DNA of 64,000 nucleotides from Hyphomicrobiaceae bacterium (lineage in GTDB: Bacteria; Pseudomonadota; Alphaproteobacteria; Rhizobiales; Methyloligellaceae), in contig JALCBY010000016.1 in NCBI GenBank assembly GCA_028066055.1, positions 2,833-66,832 on the forward strand. Direction: 5' to 3'. Position numbers and translations under genes: made by a program. Positions 61,297 to 64,000 of the stretch are shown piece by piece (within the stretch, counting starts at the first letter, position 1; every line of letters begins with the position of its first letter). The notes below the pieces were generated by a model. It worked only from the letters and a program-made list of their open reading frames with translations, was not told the DNA's origin and did no database searches.

Positions 61297-63195
61297 TCAT
61301 TCTGCCGCGAACCAGAAAGTGTCCGGCTTGTGGATGCCGAAGTACGCTCCGGGGCTCCAGTTGTAGAAGGCTTCTTCGGGCACATTCCGCAGCGCGTTGC
61401 TCACCACCACCGGCTGAAGCGTCGAGTTGACGATGCCGATGGTGAAGATCTGATCCGCGTGTATATCGAGCATTTTCTCCCAGGCCTTGCGTTGCTGGTC
61501 TTCGTTTTCCGCATAGAGCCAGTCACCGTAAAGTTTGGTGAGACGGTTCACCTCCGGCAGCTTGGGCGCTTCACCCATTTTGCCGCTGGTCTGGCCCCAC
61601 AGCCCCCATTGCGGCCATTGCAGCTGGAACCTGTTGGTCGGCGCGAATTCCTCCGGGCTCATCGAGGCGGTCGGTATTCCGTTCGAAATCCCGGAAAAGG
61701 TCGACATGATCGTCTGGCCGGCGACGATGCGCTGCCGAAACACTTCGCGTTGAGAGGGCTTGGTGAAAAGTTTGACGCCCGCCTTCAGCCAGCTGTCGTG
61801 AACCAGCTCCAGAACATCGACCTGATAAGTGCTCTCGCCCGCGGTATCGACAGTGATGATGAGAGGGCGCCCGCTCGGCATCAGCCGGACACCGTCTTCG
61901 TTGCGTTTGGTCAATCCAATCTCGTCCAGCAGGGCGTTTGCGCGCGTGAGGTCAAACTTGGCCCAGGCGGACTGCAGCCTCGGGCGATAGAGCGGGCTTG
62001 CAGGAAGGATCGTGTTGTTCCCCTCGCGTGCAAGCCCGTAATACACGACCTGGTTGATTTCGTGCCGGTCGATCGCCAGCGACAGGGCGCGGCGAAAACG
62101 GGCGTCCTGCAACAATTCGCGCCATTCGGGATTCTTGGCGTTCATATTCGGAAACAGGGCGATATGCGCGCCCTGGGAGCGTTTCCACAGGCGCACCGTG
62201 TAGTTGTGACGCTTCTCGCCTTCCTTCAGAAACGTGTAGTGGTCGAGACGGATGTACTTTGCCTGCAGATCGGATTCGCCGGTGCCGGCCTTGGCGGGAA
62301 TCACTTTTGTTTCACCGAGCGACATGACGACCCGGTCGATATAGGGCAGCTGCCGGCCGTTGGTGTCGATGCGGTGGTAATAGGGGTTGCGCTTGAACTT
62401 GAACCGGGTGGCTGGTGGCCAGGTGGTGTTCATCCACGGCTGCAAGGTCGGCAGGTCCGCGTTGTCCATGCGGTACCAGCGGTCACGGCTCAGATGCAGA
62501 TCAACCCAGTCGACCTTGTGACCCGCCTTTACGAGCGCATCGATCTGTTTCCTGTCGCCGTATTTGATGTGAAACTGCTTGAGATAGTGGGCCGGACGGT
62601 AAATCTCCAGCGGGCGAGAACCGGCGATCCAGGAAACAAACTCGCGGTTCGGCTTATGCCAGGTGTAGCGGACCGTAGCTTCGTCGATCACTTCAAATTT
62701 GGGCGGCTCGTTCTCGACCAGGAGTGCTTTGGGCAGGCCGCGCGGCGTCAGTTTCTTGTTGTTGGCGACATCTTCCCAATAATAGCGGAAGTCCTCGGAC
62801 GTAAAGGGCTTGCCGTCCGACCATTTATGTCCCTTGCGAAGCCGAAACGTGAATTCGCGGCTTTCCTTCACTTCGAAGCTTTTCAGGATATCGGGCGCGT
62901 ATCTTAGATCATCATCCAGGGCTATCAGCCGGGCATAGCCGTAGACGCTCATCATGCGGGTGTCTTTCTGCTTGCCCATCAACAGCCGCAGCTCCCCGCC
63001 GTAGCGGCCGATGGTCTTGCCCTCGGCATCGAGATCGATCACCGCCGGTTCGAGCGGCACGCGCTTGTCGATTGACGGAAGATGTCCATCGCGCACCTGA
63101 CTTTCCAGAGACGGCGGTTCGATCAGGCCCCCGGCGAAAGTTGGCCCGGTGGCGATAAGGGCGGCAAGAAGCACCGCGAAAAACCATTGGTTCAT
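61297..63195 (-). CDS. ABC transporter substrate-binding protein, family 5 (peptide/opine/nickel type)
   Basis: 632 aa with the signal peptide MNQWFFAVLLAALIATGPTFA. Its large size and operon position, with DppB/C-type permeases downstream, support the call. Confidence 0.85.
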   Translation of the reverse strand: MNQWFFAVLLAALIATGPTFAGGLIEPPSLESQVRDGHLPSIDKRVPLEPAVIDLDAEGKTIGRYGGELRLLMGKQKDTRMMSVYGYARLIALDDDLRYAPDILKSFEVKESREFTFRLRKGHKWSDGKPFTSEDFRYYWEDVANNKKLTPRGLPKALLVENEPPKFEVIDEATVRYTWHKPNREFVSWIAGSRPLEIYRPAHYLKQFHIKYGDRKQIDALVKAGHKVDWVDLHLSRDRWYRMDNADLPTLQPWMNTTWPPATRFKFKRNPYYHRIDTNGRQLPYIDRVVMSLGETKVIPAKAGTGESDLQAKYIRLDHYTFLKEGEKRHNYTVRLWKRSQGAHIALFPNMNAKNPEWRELLQDARFRRALSLAIDRHEINQVVYYGLAREGNNTILPASPLYRPRLQSAWAKFDLTRANALLDEIGLTKRNEDGVRLMPSGRPLIITVDTAGESTYQVDVLELVHDSWLKAGVKLFTKPSQREVFRQRIVAGQTIMSTFSGISNGIPTASMSPEEFAPTNRFQLQWPQWGLWGQTSGKMGEAPKLPEVNRLTKLYGDWLYAENEDQQRKAWEKMLDIHADQIFTIGIVNSTLQPVVVSNALRNVPEEAFYNWSPGAYFGIHKPDTFWFAAE

Positions 63196-64000
63196 CGGAT
63201 GAGCTCCTTGCGCGATGTGCCTTCGGCGGCCAGCACGTAATGCTCGCTGCCGAGATCGAACATGGCTTGCGGGTGACTTGGACCCATTGCGAAGGGCATC
63301 GGCCAGTCCTGGGGTTCATCGCCGCCCGGTTTGCCGAAACTCGAGAAATCGAGTTTTCGGTCGAGATCGGGATAGGGAACAGCGGCGATCAATCGGCGGG
63401 TGTAGTGATGAACCGGATTGCGGAACAGGACTTCGCGCGGGGCGATTTCGACAATACGGCCCTTGCACATCACCGCGATGCGGTCGGCGACATAATCGAC
63501 CACGGCGAGGTTGTGCGAAATGAAAAGATAGGTGAGATCGAGATCCTTCTGCAGGTCCTTGAACAGGTTCAGCACCTGCGCCTGGATGGAGACGTCGAGG
63601 GCGGACACCGGTTCATCGCAAATGAGCAGATCCGGTTTCAGCGCAAGCGCCCGCGCGAGGCCGATCCGCTGGCGCTGGCCTCCCGAAAAACTGTGCGGGT
63701 AGCGGCTGAGAAACCGGGGATCGAGACCGACGACCCGCATCAGTTCCTTCACCATCTCCGCTTGCTGGGCGGCGGTGCCGATCTGGTGGATGATCAACGG
63801 CTCACGGATGATGTCGAAGACCGTCATGCGTGGGTTCAGTGAGCTCTGTGGATCCTGGAAAATCATCTGGATTTTGCGGCGGAGCGCCAGCATCTGCTCA
63901 TCCGGCACGGCGAGGAGATCGACGTCCCGGCCGCGGTCGTTGAAGGTAATCGAACCCGCATCGGGGGTGATCGCGCGCATGATGAGCTTGCTGACTGACG
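63192..64000 (-). CDS. ABC transporter ATP-binding protein (Opp/Dpp D/F type), C-terminal part; gene continues beyond right edge
   Basis: It has IFQDPQSSLNPRM, LSGGQRQRIGLARAL and LLICDEPVSALD. The frame remains open upstream of the listed Met to position 64000 (..SVSKLIMRAITPD). The stop overlaps the SBP start (ATGA). Confidence 0.85.
   Translation of the reverse strand, partial: SVSKLIMRAITPDAGSITFNDRGRDVDLLAVPDEQMLALRRKIQMIFQDPQSSLNPRMTVFDIIREPLIIHQIGTAAQQAEMVKELMRVVGLDPRFLSRYPHSFSGGQRQRIGLARALALKPDLLICDEPVSALDVSIQAQVLNLFKDLQKDLDLTYLFISHNLAVVDYVADRIAVMCKGRIVEIAPREVLFRNPVHHYTRRLIAAVPYPDLDRKLDFSSFGKPGGDEPQDWPMPFAMGPSHPQAMFDLGSEHYVLAAEGTSRKELIR

Noticed and set aside
1-64000. tRNA, rRNA, CRISPR arrays, prophage or integrase genes
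   Set aside because: Intergenic spaces are short (mostly under 330 bp). None shows a cloverleaf-like arrangement or a repeat-spacer periodicity. The only mobile-element trace is the IS1595 fragment.

Overview
This is a densely coding 64-kb segment of a high-G+C proteobacterial replicon. Gene content and protein sequences look alphaproteobacterial (Hyphomicrobiales/Rhodobacterales-like), but that is inference only. I can support about 55 protein-coding genes. I found no rRNA, tRNA or CRISPR array. All family calls rest on motifs I recognise by eye; no searches were run.

(1) 1-9 kb: a DDE-less IS1595-type transposase remnant is followed by a ~300-bp AT-rich leader (about 32% G+C by my hand count) that carries repeats. 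Next come two cysteine-free, hyper-acidic, low-complexity/repeat proteins with no RTX nonapeptides. They sit directly upstream of a PrtD-type type I secretion ABC exporter and a HlyD adaptor. The exporter's reading frame carries an odd ~220-aa Gly/Asn/Ser-rich N-terminal extension. This is the most unusual locus in the window.

(2) 9-19.5 kb: a signalling island. A REC - Hpt - periplasmic binding protein - PAS histidine kinase operon lies divergent from a translationally coupled operon. That second operon encodes a REC/TackOD1-like/degenerate-GGDEF regulator, a processive GT2 synthase and a HlyD-like adaptor. A convergent PilZ-histidine kinase follows. Together these look like an uncharacterised phosphorelay- and c-di-GMP-controlled polysaccharide machine.

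(3) 19.5-44 kb: catabolic genes. These include a fused HyuA/HyuB oxoprolinase-like enzyme, two Liv-type ABC importers (one with a LivM-LivG-LivF triple fusion), a DUF1445 hydro-lyase, and an amidohydrolase next to an fdrA/DUF1116/DUF2877/carbamate-kinase (allFGH-allK-like) module.

(4) 44-54 kb: a phosphonate island (phnDCEE, LysR, phnA, Zn-ADH, aldehyde dehydrogenase, class V aminotransferase).

(5) 54-64 kb: aminotransferase, GntR regulator, threonine aldolase, membrane class III nucleotide cyclase and a peptide-type ABC importer that runs off the right edge.
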